A stretch of 61,530 bases of DNA, counting the filler, from Coriobacteriales bacterium (lineage in GTDB: Bacteria > Actinomycetota > Coriobacteriia > Coriobacteriales > UBA8131), in the NCBI GenBank assembly GCA_031263105.1. It is 5 parts of 5 records of this genome, joined end to end, with 100 filler letters (N's around TTAATTAATTAA, not from the genome) between each part and the next. Parts side by side here need not be neighbours in the genome. Positions count along the whole stretch, not along the records: positions 38,370 to 56,772 come from JAISGJ010000195.1; positions 56,873 to 61,530 come from JAISGJ010000099.1; 3 more parts are not named here. One strand, written 5' to 3'. The first letter of the stretch is position 1; the number at the start of each line of letters is the position of its first letter. The position numbers and the translations under genes were made by a program. Positions 52,687 to 61,530 of this stretch are shown in pieces. The notes under the pieces were generated by a model, which saw only the letters and a list, made by a program, of their open reading frames with translations, did not search any database and was not told where the DNA came from.

Positions 52687-52929
52687 GCCTGACTCCTTCT
52701 CTGCTCTGACCGATGTGCCGCCCTTGTATGCAAGGGCATCTCAGCATAGGCGACGAGAGGCGGGGGCAGTGTCGCATGAAGGAGAGGATTTCTGGAGGCA
52801 GTTCTGACAGGCCGGTCGGCCATGTCGCCAAAAACTGATGACAGGGCCCCCTCTGGCAGTGCGCACGAAGGTTTTTGGCTATAATCTGGGGAATAATCTC
52901 AGGGAGTTTGTCGGAGAGGGCAGGGACAG

Positions 52930-54663
52930 TTGCAGGTTACACCCCACTGTCATTCTGAGCGGGGCGCCCGCAAGGGCGCGCAGCGTGAGAATCCTTGGAC
53001 GCGCAGCGTCCGACTGGCCCGATTGGGCGCCGGTGCGTTCCGTGGGCCTGTCGGCCCGTCCTCGCTGAAAACGCGATGCGTTTTCCGGGCGCTCGGACCC
53101 AAAGATTCCTCGGCTCCGCCTCGGAATGACAGTGGGTTCTCCTATACTGCAGGGCTTGCCCTGTTCATGGCATGGGTCAACTGCGCCTTCTTTTCGTGTC
53201 TGTTGACCCAGGAATACCCGATCGAGAACGCCGCAGAGTGGTTCTGGGGGTTCTCCATGCTTGCCACAGCCGCAACCTGCGGGTTTCTTTGTCTGCGCCT
53301 GAAGAGAGCACACAGGCAAAAGGCCTTGCCGGATTCCGCCGGTGATTCCGGGTGGAAGCGTGCCTTTGCAGGGGCGGTAACAGCGGCAATGGGAACGGTC
53401 GTCGTCTGTCTTTTCTCGTATCCGTCATGGCCTGCCCTCCTTCTCATAGGCGGCTGCTTGGCGGGCTTCGGCTTCGTGCTGCTCTTGTCGCAGTGGGAGG
53501 AGGCCCTCTCCGGCTTCGATGCCTTTGTGATAGAGTCGATGATTCCGACGGCCTTCGTCCTTTCCGTCCCTGTCTATGCCCCCCTCATACTGTTCAAGGG
53601 CACCTTCGCGGTCGTCGTCACGATGCTGCTCCCCCTGCTCTCGCTCTTCTTCCTGCTCCGGGGCGACTCCGAGCAGAGAGGCCCTTCCCAGAAAGGCCAG
53701 GGGCCTCCTCTGTTGCCCTTCATGGGCCAAGGAGGTCGCAGCGCCGCCTCCGGGACGTTCCCGACGACGCTGCGGCAGTTCCCCGGCATGTGGGAGACAG
53801 GAGTCGTGTTGCTCGCCTTCTGGTTCTGCTTCGGTCTGTTCAGGGTGTATGTCGCGCCCTGCTATCCCAGCGGCGGCTTCCCCCATTACCTGGTCGCCTT
53901 TACGGTCGCCCTGTTTCTTGCCCTTGCGCTGTTGGTGCTGAGCCTGTTCCGGGAGCGCTCGATCAACATCTCGGTGGCGTACAAATGGGCGCTCCCTTTC
54001 ATGTGCCTGGGTTACGCGCTGTTGCTGCTGTTGGGAGAACAGCGGAAGGAGATACCCTATACCGTCGTGTTCTTCTGTCTGCTGAACCTGCAGCTCTTCG
54101 TGTTCGTCTCCGTCGCCAAATACGCAGGCCGCAACAACGTCGATGCCCGTTTCGTCCTTGCCGTCCTCTTCGGCCTGATAGGGGCGGGCGCCTTTCTGGG
54201 AACGCTTCTCGGCTTTGCGGGCCGTGCCCTGTTTCCAGACCAGGTGTTGACGACTGCGATGCCGCTGCTTGTCACCGTCCTCGTGAGCGTGGTCATGGCC
54301 TTGGGCCGCAGGTCCGAGCGTTTCCATGCTCTCAGGGCGCCTGTGCCGAGGAAGGCCGTGTACACCGATGCCGCCCTTGGTGGGAACGGCGGGAGGGCCC
54401 AAGTCAAGAATTGGACGCAGATCCACGACCTGGTTGTCTGTGCGCAGGCGGCAGTGGTTGCCGAGCGCTACTCGTTGTCGGAACGTGAGTGCGAGATACT
54501 CCGCTTCCTTATTTCTGGATACAGCCGTTCCTCCATACGGGACGAACTGGTGATTTCGCTCAACACGGTCAATACCCACGTGAGACGTATCTACACGAAA
54601 CTGGACATCCACTCCCACCAGGAGCTGATCGGGATCGTCAGGGAGATGCAGCCAAAGGGCTAG
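52930..54663 (+). CDS. Multi-TM LuxR-family regulator (start uncertain; repeat in frame at the N-terminus)
   Basis: Hydrophobic segments plus LSERECEIL...TVNTHVRRIYTKL; divergent from the ttrA-like gene. Confidence 0.88.
   Translation: MQVTPHCHSERGARKGAQRENPWTRSVRLARLGAGAFRGPVGPSSLKTRCVFRALGPKDSSAPPRNDSGFSYTAGLALFMAWVNCAFFSCLLTQEYPIENAAEWFWGFSMLATAATCGFLCLRLKRAHRQKALPDSAGDSGWKRAFAGAVTAAMGTVVVCLFSYPSWPALLLIGGCLAGFGFVLLLSQWEEALSGFDAFVIESMIPTAFVLSVPVYAPLILFKGTFAVVVTMLLPLLSLFFLLRGDSEQRGPSQKGQGPPLLPFMGQGGRSAASGTFPTTLRQFPGMWETGVVLLAFWFCFGLFRVYVAPCYPSGGFPHYLVAFTVALFLALALLVLSLFRERSINISVAYKWALPFMCLGYALLLLLGEQRKEIPYTVVFFCLLNLQLFVFVSVAKYAGRNNVDARFVLAVLFGLIGAGAFLGTLLGFAGRALFPDQVLTTAMPLLVTVLVSVVMALGRRSERFHALRAPVPRKAVYTDAALGGNGGRAQVKNWTQIHDLVVCAQAAVVAERYSLSERECEILRFLISGYSRSSIRDELVISLNTVNTHVRRIYTKLDIHSHQELIGIVREMQPKG
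52936..53136. repeat. 201-bp MITE-family repeat in frame within the LuxR ORF
   Basis: GTTACACCCCACTGTCATTCTGAG...CGGAATGACAGTGGG. Confidence 0.8.
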
Positions 54664-54689
54664 GCGGCCTGTTGTCATGGGGCAGGGAG

Positions 54690-54875
54690 GTTACAGTTCA
54701 CGCCCCACTGTCATTCTGAGCGGAGGCGCTGCCTCTGGCAGCGCCGCAGCCGAGGAATCCTTGGTCGCGAAGCGACCAATCGCAGCTAGGAGGCGCTTCG
54801 ACCTGCGGTCGGCTGCTTCGCAGCCGAGGATTCCTCGGCAGGCTCGGAATGACAGTGGGATATGGACTCAGTAAC
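54690..54875. repeat. MITE-like palindromic repeat (GTTAC...GTAAC), no TSD seen
   Basis: CCCCACTGTCATTCTGAG...CGGAATGACAGTGGG arms. Confidence 0.8.
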
Positions 54876-55038
54876 GACAATCGGCCACGCGAGCGGCCCG
54901 TCTGCGCGGGACGGGGGTGACAGGGCGAACAGAGATGGGGGGCACCCTGGCACCGTCGGCCCCGCAGCAGCGGGTGTGAAGGGGGGCGCACGGTGCCGTG
55001 CACGTCAGAGGCGGCAGGGCACCGTGCGCGAGGAGGGG

Positions 55039-55365
55039 TCAGTACAGGAGGAACACCGGGTAGCCCACCAGGTAGATGAGGACCCTGAACAGCAGGGAGG
55101 TCGTGACGGTCACCAGAAGGGCGATGCCGGTCAAGGCACCGGAAACGTCGGAAGCGCCGGGTGCCCCGGCGATGCCGGTTGCCTCGGAAGCGCCGGCGAT
55201 ACCGCCGCCGGCAGTCCCCGCTGCCCCGGCGACGCCGGCAGCCCCGACCTTCCGCTTTGCGGCGATGGCGCAGGACAGCGCCACGAGGGCGCACACGACA
55301 GAGCCCCAGAACGCGAGGGCGCCGTCGCCTGCGAGGATGTAGGCCGCGAGGCTGTCGGAGGAAAT
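55039..55365 (-). pseudogene. C-terminal fragment of a DmsC/NrfD-like membrane anchor
   Basis: Hydrophobic ALAFWGSVV... and LLFRVLIYLVGYPVFLLY*; no start of its own. Confidence 0.5.
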
Positions 55366-55371
55366 CCAAAC

Positions 55372-56331
55372 TTTTGGATTTCCTTGGCCTGCCACCAGCC
55401 ATGCTCCTGGAATGCGGCGATGTACTCGTCCCAGGTCCGGTACTTCGGCGTGACCTCGTCGAAGCGCGTGCCGTGACGGGTGACGGTGGGCCGGCCGTCT
55501 TCGACCTGCCAGGTGGAATACGTCAGCTCGTCGTCGCTGATCAGCTTGATGGCGTCCGCCAGCTGCCACTCGATGTCGGGCCATTCGTTGCCCGGCTCGT
55601 TCGTCCAAGGCACTCCCATACGCTCGAAGAGCGCCATGACGATCTCCGGGTCGTAGGTGGCCTCCGCAGGCGGCTGGACGCACTTGACCGTCGCGCCCAT
55701 CGCCCCCGCCGAGCCCTGGGAGGCACGGGGGGAGTTCAACTCGATCCAGTGCGCGACGGGCAGGATGATGTCGGCCGCGTCGGTGGGGGGTGTGCCAGAG
55801 GTTGAGGTCGACGAAGAAGTCGAGGGAGCACAGGGCATCCCAGGCCCTTGCCGCGTTGGTCTGGCTCATGAAGTTGCCTGACTCGTTCCAGAGGGCGCGC
55901 ACGGGGTAAGGGTCGCTGTCGAGGACGGCGTCCCACAGCGACGAGCCGTCGCACCAGTACTGCCACCAGCTGATCAGCGGGAACCTCTCGATGCCCAGCT
56001 GCTTGACGTTGATCTCCGCAGGCGGCGTGGAGGCGCCCGGCGCCCAGGCGCTGAAGCCCTGCAGGTCGCCGTCTATGGGGACGATGGTCGGCCCGCGATG
56101 GCCTCCCGGCGTGTCCATGTTGCCCGTGATGCCCACGAGGTTGTCGAGCGCACGGCAGTTCTGGATGGCGTTGCAGGCGTGCTCGACGGCCAGCATGTAC
56201 TGGATGCCGCCGTTGCCGTAGCCGGTCTTCGGGTCGAGGCGCGTGGCGTAGACGGTGGCTGCGGCCTCGATCTCCGCAGCGGGAATGCCGGTGATCTCCT
56301 CGGCGGTCTGCGGGTCGAACTCGGCCGCACG
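55372..56331 (-). pseudogene. Internal fragment of a molybdopterin oxidoreductase, frameshifted
   Basis: AEEITGIPA..ITGNMDTPGG..DPYPVRA..LDFFV..WHTP, frameshift at the G-run 55785-55790, then ADIILPVAHWIE; both termini missing. Confidence 0.8.
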
Positions 56332-56366
56332 CTAAGCCCGTCGGACGACGCATCGGAAGGGAATGC

Positions 56367-56633
56367 ATGAGGGCTGTGCGGACGGAGCATCTGAGAGAGT
56401 TCGTGGTGCTGGCAGAGCGCGGGAGCTTCACGGGCGCGGCGCACGAGCTGCATCTGACGCAGTCGGCCCTGAGCAAGCACATCGCCGCGCTCGAGCGCGA
56501 GTTCGACGTGGAGCTGTTCGTGCGCGACCGCGCAGGGGTCAGGCTGACCAAGGCGGGCGACGCGCTTCTCGAGAGGGCCCTGCAGATCGACCTCCTCCTC
56601 GCCCAGACCCGCAGGACGTTGCGCAACGAATAG
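56367..56633 (+). pseudogene. LysR-family HTH only (truncated regulator)
   Basis: LREFVVLAERGSFTGAAHELHLTQSALSKHIAALE..LFVR..LTKAG; stops at 88 aa. Confidence 0.75.
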
Positions 56634-56670
56634 GCACCCGAGCAATTGCCGTTCACAGGATGCCCAATTC

Positions 56671-56772
56671 CCCTGTCACAGGTCACACCCCCACTGTCAC
56701 AGGTCACCCCCCCCCCCCCCCCCCTGTCACAGGTCACACCCCCACTGTCATTCCGAGCCCCGCCGAGGAATC
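56671..56772. repeat. Tandemly repeated left end of a MITE-like element at a contig end
   Basis: CTGTCACAGGTCACACCCC repeats, then CACTGTCATTCCGAGCCCCGCCGAGGAATC. Confidence 0.7.
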
Positions 56773-56872
56773 NNNNNNNNNNNNNNNNNNNNNNNNNNNN
56801 NNNNNNNNNNNNNNNNTTAATTAATTAANNNNNNNNNNNNNNNNNNNNNNNNNNNNNNNNNNNNNNNNNNNN
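56773..56872. other. Assembly gap/contig spacer
   Basis: N run containing TTAATTAATTAA. Confidence 0.98.
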
Positions 56873-56984
56873 GTGTCCAAAGATTCCTCGGCGGGGCTCG
56901 GAATGACAGTGGGGGCTCGGAATGACAGTGGGGGCTCGGAATGACAGTGGGGGCTCGGGATGACAGTGGGGTGTGTGCAGTAAC
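56873..56984. repeat. Right half of a MITE-like element with 4 x 19-bp arm, ending GTAAC
   Basis: GGGCTCGG(A/G)ATGACAGTGG x4. Confidence 0.8.
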
Positions 56985-57118
56985 CCGCGCACCGCTACCG
57001 TCCTCCTCCGCCCCCTCGGCCGCCCCTTTGCCAGTGGGGTGTCTCTGTAACGGCAGGCCGCCAACTGCTACAATCTCAGTAAGCACTTATGAGCAGGCAG
57101 CAGAAGGAGAACAACTCT

Positions 57119-58777
57119 ATGGCAGAGACCGGGGCATCGTCCTACTACCTCACGACCCCCATCTATTACGTCAACGGGCTGCCGCATCTGGGCACGGCCT
57201 ACACCACCATCGTCTCTGACGCGCTCGCGCGCTTCGAGCGGATGGACGGGCGCGACACCTGGTTCCTCACGGGGCTCGACGAGCACGGCCAGAAGGTCGC
57301 CCAGGCGGCCCAGGCGGCGGGCGTCACGCCGCAGGAGTGGGTGGACGGCATCGCGCCCCAGTTCGTCGATGCCTGGCAGGCGCTCGACATCTCCAACGAC
57401 GACTTCATCCGCACCACCGAGCAGCGCCATGTCCAAGGCGTGCAGCGGTTCTTCGAGGAGATGCGCGCGAACGGCTACATCTACCAAGACACCTACGAGG
57501 GCTTCTACTGCCTGCCGGACGAGACCTTCTTCACCGACGAGCAGCTTGCGGAGTTCGCCGAGTCCGCTGCGGCCGAGGGCAGGCCCCATGCCGCCGAGGA
57601 CGGCGCAAAGCTCTGCCCGGACTGCGGGCGCCCCTTGAGCTTCATCCAGGAGGACAACCTGTTCTTCCGCCTCTCCGCCTTCCAGGACCGCCTGCTCGCC
57701 TATTACGAGGAGAACCCCGATTTCATCTGCCCGCCCATCCGCAGAAACGAGGTCGTGAGCTTCGTGAAGGGCGGGCTCAAGGACCTCTCGGTCTCGCGGA
57801 CGGCCTTCGACTGGGGCGTGCCCATACCCTTCGCGCCCGGCCACGTGAGCTACGTGTGGGTCGATGCGCTCATCAACTACATCACGGCGGTCGGCTACGG
57901 CTCGGACGACCCTGCGAAGCAGGCGGAGTTCGCGAGGCGCTGGCCCTGTCAGGTGCATTTCGTCGGCAAGGACATCATCCGCTTCCACTGCGTCATATGG
58001 CCGGCGATGCTCATGGCCGCCGGCATCGAGCCTCCCCGCAAGGTGTTCGCGCACGGCTTCCTCCTCACCAAGGGCGAGAAGATGAGCAAGTCGCGGGGCA
58101 ACGCGACCTCGCCGCTGGAGCTCGCGAGGATATTCAGCGTCGACGGCTACCGCTACTACTTCCTCACCGACGTGCAGCTCGGCGCGGACGGCGCCATCTC
58201 GCTCGAACGCATGGTGCAGGTCTACAACGCCGACCTGGCGAACAGCTGGGGCAACCTCTGCTCGCGCGCCTTCAACATGACCTCCAAGTACACGGGCGGC
58301 GTGGTCCCCGATCTGTGGGAGAAGACCGTCACGGCCCTCACCCGCGAGAGGGGCAACCCCTTGGCCGAGCTCGCCGAGGGCCTCTACGAGCGCTATGCCC
58401 GCGCCATGAACGCCATCGACTACTCGGGGGCGCTGGCCGCCGTCATGGAGCTGTGCGACCGCGCGAACCTCTACGTCGAGGAGAGCGCCCCGTGGAACCT
58501 CGCCAAGGCGGCTGCCGCCGAGGCCGGGGGGGCGGACGCCGCCGACCGTCTCGCCTTCGTGCTCTACAACCTCCTCGAATCCATCCGCATCATGGCGCTG
58601 TGCTTCGCGCCCGTGATGCCTGCCAGCTCTGCGGAGGTCTTTCGCCGTCTGGGCCTGGGCGAGGTGTCCTGCGTCGACGACCTTGAAGGGGCCCTGCGAT
58701 GGGGCGGCCTGCCCGCAGGCAACCGCGTCACCGTCGGCGAGCCGCTGTTCCCGCGCCTGAAAGAGGACGAACTCTAG
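57119..58777 (+). CDS. metG: Methionyl-tRNA synthetase (short form)
   Basis: TTPIYYVNG.PHLG, TGLDEHGQK, YVWVDAL, GKDIIRFH and KMSKS; AAGGAG SD. Confidence 0.97.
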   Translation: MAETGASSYYLTTPIYYVNGLPHLGTAYTTIVSDALARFERMDGRDTWFLTGLDEHGQKVAQAAQAAGVTPQEWVDGIAPQFVDAWQALDISNDDFIRTTEQRHVQGVQRFFEEMRANGYIYQDTYEGFYCLPDETFFTDEQLAEFAESAAAEGRPHAAEDGAKLCPDCGRPLSFIQEDNLFFRLSAFQDRLLAYYEENPDFICPPIRRNEVVSFVKGGLKDLSVSRTAFDWGVPIPFAPGHVSYVWVDALINYITAVGYGSDDPAKQAEFARRWPCQVHFVGKDIIRFHCVIWPAMLMAAGIEPPRKVFAHGFLLTKGEKMSKSRGNATSPLELARIFSVDGYRYYFLTDVQLGADGAISLERMVQVYNADLANSWGNLCSRAFNMTSKYTGGVVPDLWEKTVTALTRERGNPLAELAEGLYERYARAMNAIDYSGALAAVMELCDRANLYVEESAPWNLAKAAAAEAGGADAADRLAFVLYNLLESIRIMALCFAPVMPASSAEVFRRLGLGEVSCVDDLEGALRWGGLPAGNRVTVGEPLFPRLKEDEL

Positions 58778-58784
58778 GGAGACG

Positions 58785-59954
58785 ATGATTACCATGCGCA
58801 CCACTTCCGCCGCGTCTACCGGCGTCGCCAACCAGCAGGACGAGCCGCAGGTCCACTGGGACGCCCGCTTCCGCACCGCCAAGGGGCGCGAGGTCGCGCC
58901 ACCCGCACTGGACGTGCCGGTGGCGGACACGCACGCCCATCTCGACATGCTCCACCATCCTGCGCTGGCGCTGGCCCGCTGCGCCGCTTCCGGCGTGGAC
59001 TTCGTCGTGACCGTCGTCGATCCCACGGAGGACCCGGGGTACACCTATAGGGGCCTCGGCGAGTGGGAGCACGAGGCGCGCGGCCTCCTCGACGGCTGGG
59101 GCGTCCGTGCGCCGGTCCCGCACGTGCGCGTCATCGTCGGCTGCCATCCACACAATGCGTCCAAGTTCACCCGCGAGGTCGAGCAGAGGCTCATCGCCTG
59201 TGCGGGAAGTCCGCACACCGCGGGGATAGGGGAGATAGGCCTCGACTACCACTACGACCTGAGTCCCCGCGCAGTGCAGCGGGAGGCCTTCAAGCGCCAG
59301 ATCGCGCTCGCCAACGAGATGGTGCTGCCCGTGGCCCTGCATCTGCGCGAGGCGCACGACGACGGCCTCGCCATCCTCCAAGAGGAGGGGATGCCGGTCG
59401 CAGGCACGCTGCTGCACTGCTTCAACCTCGGCTTCGAGGTGCTCGCGCCCTTCCTCAAGCTCGGCTGTCACGTCGCCTATGGGGGGCCTTTGACCTTCAA
59501 GAAGTGTGACGAGGTGCGCGATGCCGCACGCCGCACGCCGCTCGAGCGCATCGTGACGGAGACGGACGCGCCGTTCATGGCGCCGGAGCCGCTGCGGGGC
59601 ACCGTCTGCGGCCCGGAGGACACGGTGTTCACGGCGGCCCGCCTCGCCGAGGCCTTCGGCCTGGAGGGGCGCGAGGCGACGAAAATGCTCACGCGCGTCT
59701 ATGAGAATGCCCACAGCTTCTTCGACCGAGACACGAGCTCCTGGCAGGACAACCCCAAGGCGATCCGCCGCTTGGCGACCAAGGCGACCGGCGTGGCGGG
59801 CGCGGCGGGCGCGACCGCAGCTGCGGCGGCGGTCGCAGGGGGCGCGTGCGCAACACCCGTAGGGGGCGGCGTCCCCGACGCCCCGTCCCTTGGCGCGACG
59901 GCGGTACCGGGCGCGGCGATCGCGGGCGCGCCCGCCCCTGACGGCGAGGAGTGA
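58785..59954 (+). CDS. tatD: TatD-family hydrolase with Ala-rich C-terminal tail
   Basis: DTHAHL, GCHPH, GEIGLDY, HLREA, LHCF and ETDAPF. Confidence 0.92.
   Translation: MITMRTTSAASTGVANQQDEPQVHWDARFRTAKGREVAPPALDVPVADTHAHLDMLHHPALALARCAASGVDFVVTVVDPTEDPGYTYRGLGEWEHEARGLLDGWGVRAPVPHVRVIVGCHPHNASKFTREVEQRLIACAGSPHTAGIGEIGLDYHYDLSPRAVQREAFKRQIALANEMVLPVALHLREAHDDGLAILQEEGMPVAGTLLHCFNLGFEVLAPFLKLGCHVAYGGPLTFKKCDEVRDAARRTPLERIVTETDAPFMAPEPLRGTVCGPEDTVFTAARLAEAFGLEGREATKMLTRVYENAHSFFDRDTSSWQDNPKAIRRLATKATGVAGAAGATAAAAAVAGGACATPVGGGVPDAPSLGATAVPGAAIAGAPAPDGEE
59859..59885 (+). repeat. GTAG-type REP unit inside the tatD coding tail
   Basis: GTAGGGGGCGGCGTCCCCGACGCCCCG. Confidence 0.65.
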
Positions 59955-59957
59955 CGC

Positions 59958-61022
59958 ATGGCACACAAGAAACCAACGAAGAAGGACGACAGGCCCGACA
60001 TCCTGTTCGTCTCCGGCTCGCCGCGCGACGGCAGCTGCGTGGCGCTCATCGACCTCATCGAGCACGGGGCGCAGCAGGCGGGGGCAAAGACCCAGCGCTT
60101 CCTGCTCTCGAAGAAGCGCATCGACCCCTGCGACGGCTGCGGCAGCTGCAGCAGGACCGGCAACTGCATACGCGCCACCAAGACGCAGGGCGACCGCTTC
60201 ACGGACGACTACCTCGAGCTCAAGGCCGTGCTGGAGCGCGTCGATGCGCTCGCCGTCGTCGCGCCGCTGTACTTCGCCGGGCCGCCCGCCCAGCTCAAGG
60301 CGCTCTACGACCGGATGCAGCCCTATTGGGCACAGCGCTACCTCCTCGGCCGTCCCGCGTCCGAGAAGCGCCCCGCCCAGCTCTTCATCGTCGGGGGCGG
60401 CGGGGACGCCCACGGCCACGCCCCGCTCGTCGGCTCGACGAAGAGCGCGCTTGCGGTCGCGGGCTTCAACCTTGAGAAGGTCAACAACTTCATCGGCTTC
60501 GTGCCGCCCAAAGAGGTGCCGGCCTTCCCTCGTGAGGAGGAGTTCGAGCGCTACAGCAACGCCCATCTCGCCCAGCTCAGGCGCACCATTGCCCGTCAGG
60601 AGGACTTCGCGCAGCGCGCGCTCGATGCCGGAGGGGCCTTTGCCCGCTTCATCGTGAAGAAGAAGCAGGCCAACGACCTCGCCGAGCAGCTTGCCAAGGT
60701 GGAGGCCGAGCTCGAGGTCCTGCGCAAGGTCGGGGATGCGGAGAAGTCCGAGCAGGGCGCGTCTGCCCCCGCCCCTCCGCCCGCCTTGGGAGGCGCGTCC
60801 CGGGCAGCCATGCCGAACGACCCCAAGGCCGACCTTCAGGCCGAGATCGACCTCGAGTACCGTAACCTCATCTCCCGCACCCCCCGGGGCGGCACCGACG
60901 GAGCGAATGCGGAGGCAGACACGGACGCCGCCCCCGCCGACACCCCGGACGCAGGTGCCGCCGCAGACGCCGCCGACGGCCCGGGCGCCGCCCCCGCCGA
61001 CGGGCCGGGTGAGACTGCGTGA
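59958..61022 (+). CDS. Iron-sulfur flavoprotein / NADPH-dependent FMN reductase family protein
   Basis: SGSPR, CDGCGSC...C and APLYFAG.PAQLKALYDR. Confidence 0.82.
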   Translation: MAHKKPTKKDDRPDILFVSGSPRDGSCVALIDLIEHGAQQAGAKTQRFLLSKKRIDPCDGCGSCSRTGNCIRATKTQGDRFTDDYLELKAVLERVDALAVVAPLYFAGPPAQLKALYDRMQPYWAQRYLLGRPASEKRPAQLFIVGGGGDAHGHAPLVGSTKSALAVAGFNLEKVNNFIGFVPPKEVPAFPREEEFERYSNAHLAQLRRTIARQEDFAQRALDAGGAFARFIVKKKQANDLAEQLAKVEAELEVLRKVGDAEKSEQGASAPAPPPALGGASRAAMPNDPKADLQAEIDLEYRNLISRTPRGGTDGANAEADTDAAPADTPDAGAAADAADGPGAAPADGPGETA

Positions 61023-61530
61023 CACGCCATTCCCCGCTCGCCTCGCCGAAGGCAACGATCGAGCGGCTTGCGGAGCAGGGGATCGGCACGCGGAAGTCGC
61101 TCGGGCAGCACTTCCTCGTCGATGACGGCGTGCTCGGGCGCATCCTGCGCCTGGCGGCCGTCGAGGACGGCGAGCACATCCTCGAGGTCGGCCCGGGCAT
61201 CGGCACGCTCACCAGTGCCCTCCTGGAACGCGGCGCGACCGTGACCGCCATCGAGAAGGACGCCAGGCTGCTCCCCGCACTGGCGGACATCGCCTCCCAG
61301 TATCCCGGTCGTCTCGCCATCCTGCACGCCGATGCCCTCGATTGGCTTGCGGGCGCGGGCGTGCGCGCGGGCGCTGGCGGTTGTCAGGGGGACGTGCACC
61401 TTGGTGACAGCGGGGACGGCACGGTTGGTGACAGTGACAGCGGGGACGGTACTGTTCTGTCACGGCCTGCGCATGCGTGTGACAGCGGGGACGGTACTGT
61501 TCTGTCACGGCCTGCGCATGCGTGTGACAG
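61019..61530 (+). CDS. rsmA: 16S rRNA adenine dimethyltransferase RsmA/KsgA (partial, runs off the window)
   Basis: My translation from GTG 61019 (GTGA overlap): KSLGQHFLVD, LEVGPGIGTLT, AIEKD and DAL. Confidence 0.92.
   Translation, partial: MTRHSPLASPKATIERLAEQGIGTRKSLGQHFLVDDGVLGRILRLAAVEDGEHILEVGPGIGTLTSALLERGATVTAIEKDARLLPALADIASQYPGRLAILHADALDWLAGAGVRAGAGGCQGDVHLGDSGDGTVGDSDSGDGTVLSRPAHACDSGDGTVLSRPAHACD
61384..61530. repeat. GTGACAG-CGGGGACGG...CTGTCAC hairpin repeats (45-bp period) in frame in rsmA
   Basis: Encode DSGDGTVLSRPAHAC twice, preceded by shorter DSGDGT units. Confidence 0.8.

Noticed and set aside
55039..56196. 385-aa ORF as a genuine novel fusion protein
   Set aside because: It is a patchwork of a Mo-enzyme fragment, out-of-frame sequence and an anchor fragment, better explained as a relic.

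Overview
High-GC Actinomycetota sequence, most like Coriobacteriia (Eggerthellaceae-like; inferred from the membrane-LuxR and molybdoenzyme content). Five contig pieces are joined by N/TTAATTAATTAA spacers (13546-13645, 29550-29649, 38270-38369, 56773-56872), so synteny across these is unproven. Core genes: tilS-hpt-ftsH-folE-folP-folK::rsmI (a fusion), groES-groEL with a perfect CIRCE, ahpC-ahpF, purM-purN, ychF, prfA-prmC, metG-tatD-rsmA, and tRNA-Val, -Lys and -Pro. Accessory genes: three intact Tat-lipoprotein molybdopterin oxidoreductase operons plus one relic, two multi-TM LuxR regulators, two two-component systems, two AAA ATPases, an IS200 and a broken MNT-HEPN pair. The most striking signal is a set of small palindromic repeat families. 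One is a modular MITE-like element (163 bp in its two cleanest copies) with GTTAC...GTAAC ends and 8-bp target duplications. It nests in itself, disrupts a HEPN gene, shows tandem-amplified ends and sits in frame in a LuxR gene. GTAG-type REPs and a GTGACAG-GGGGACG-CTGTCAC hairpin also lie in frame in tatD, rsmA and the folK-rsmI linker.
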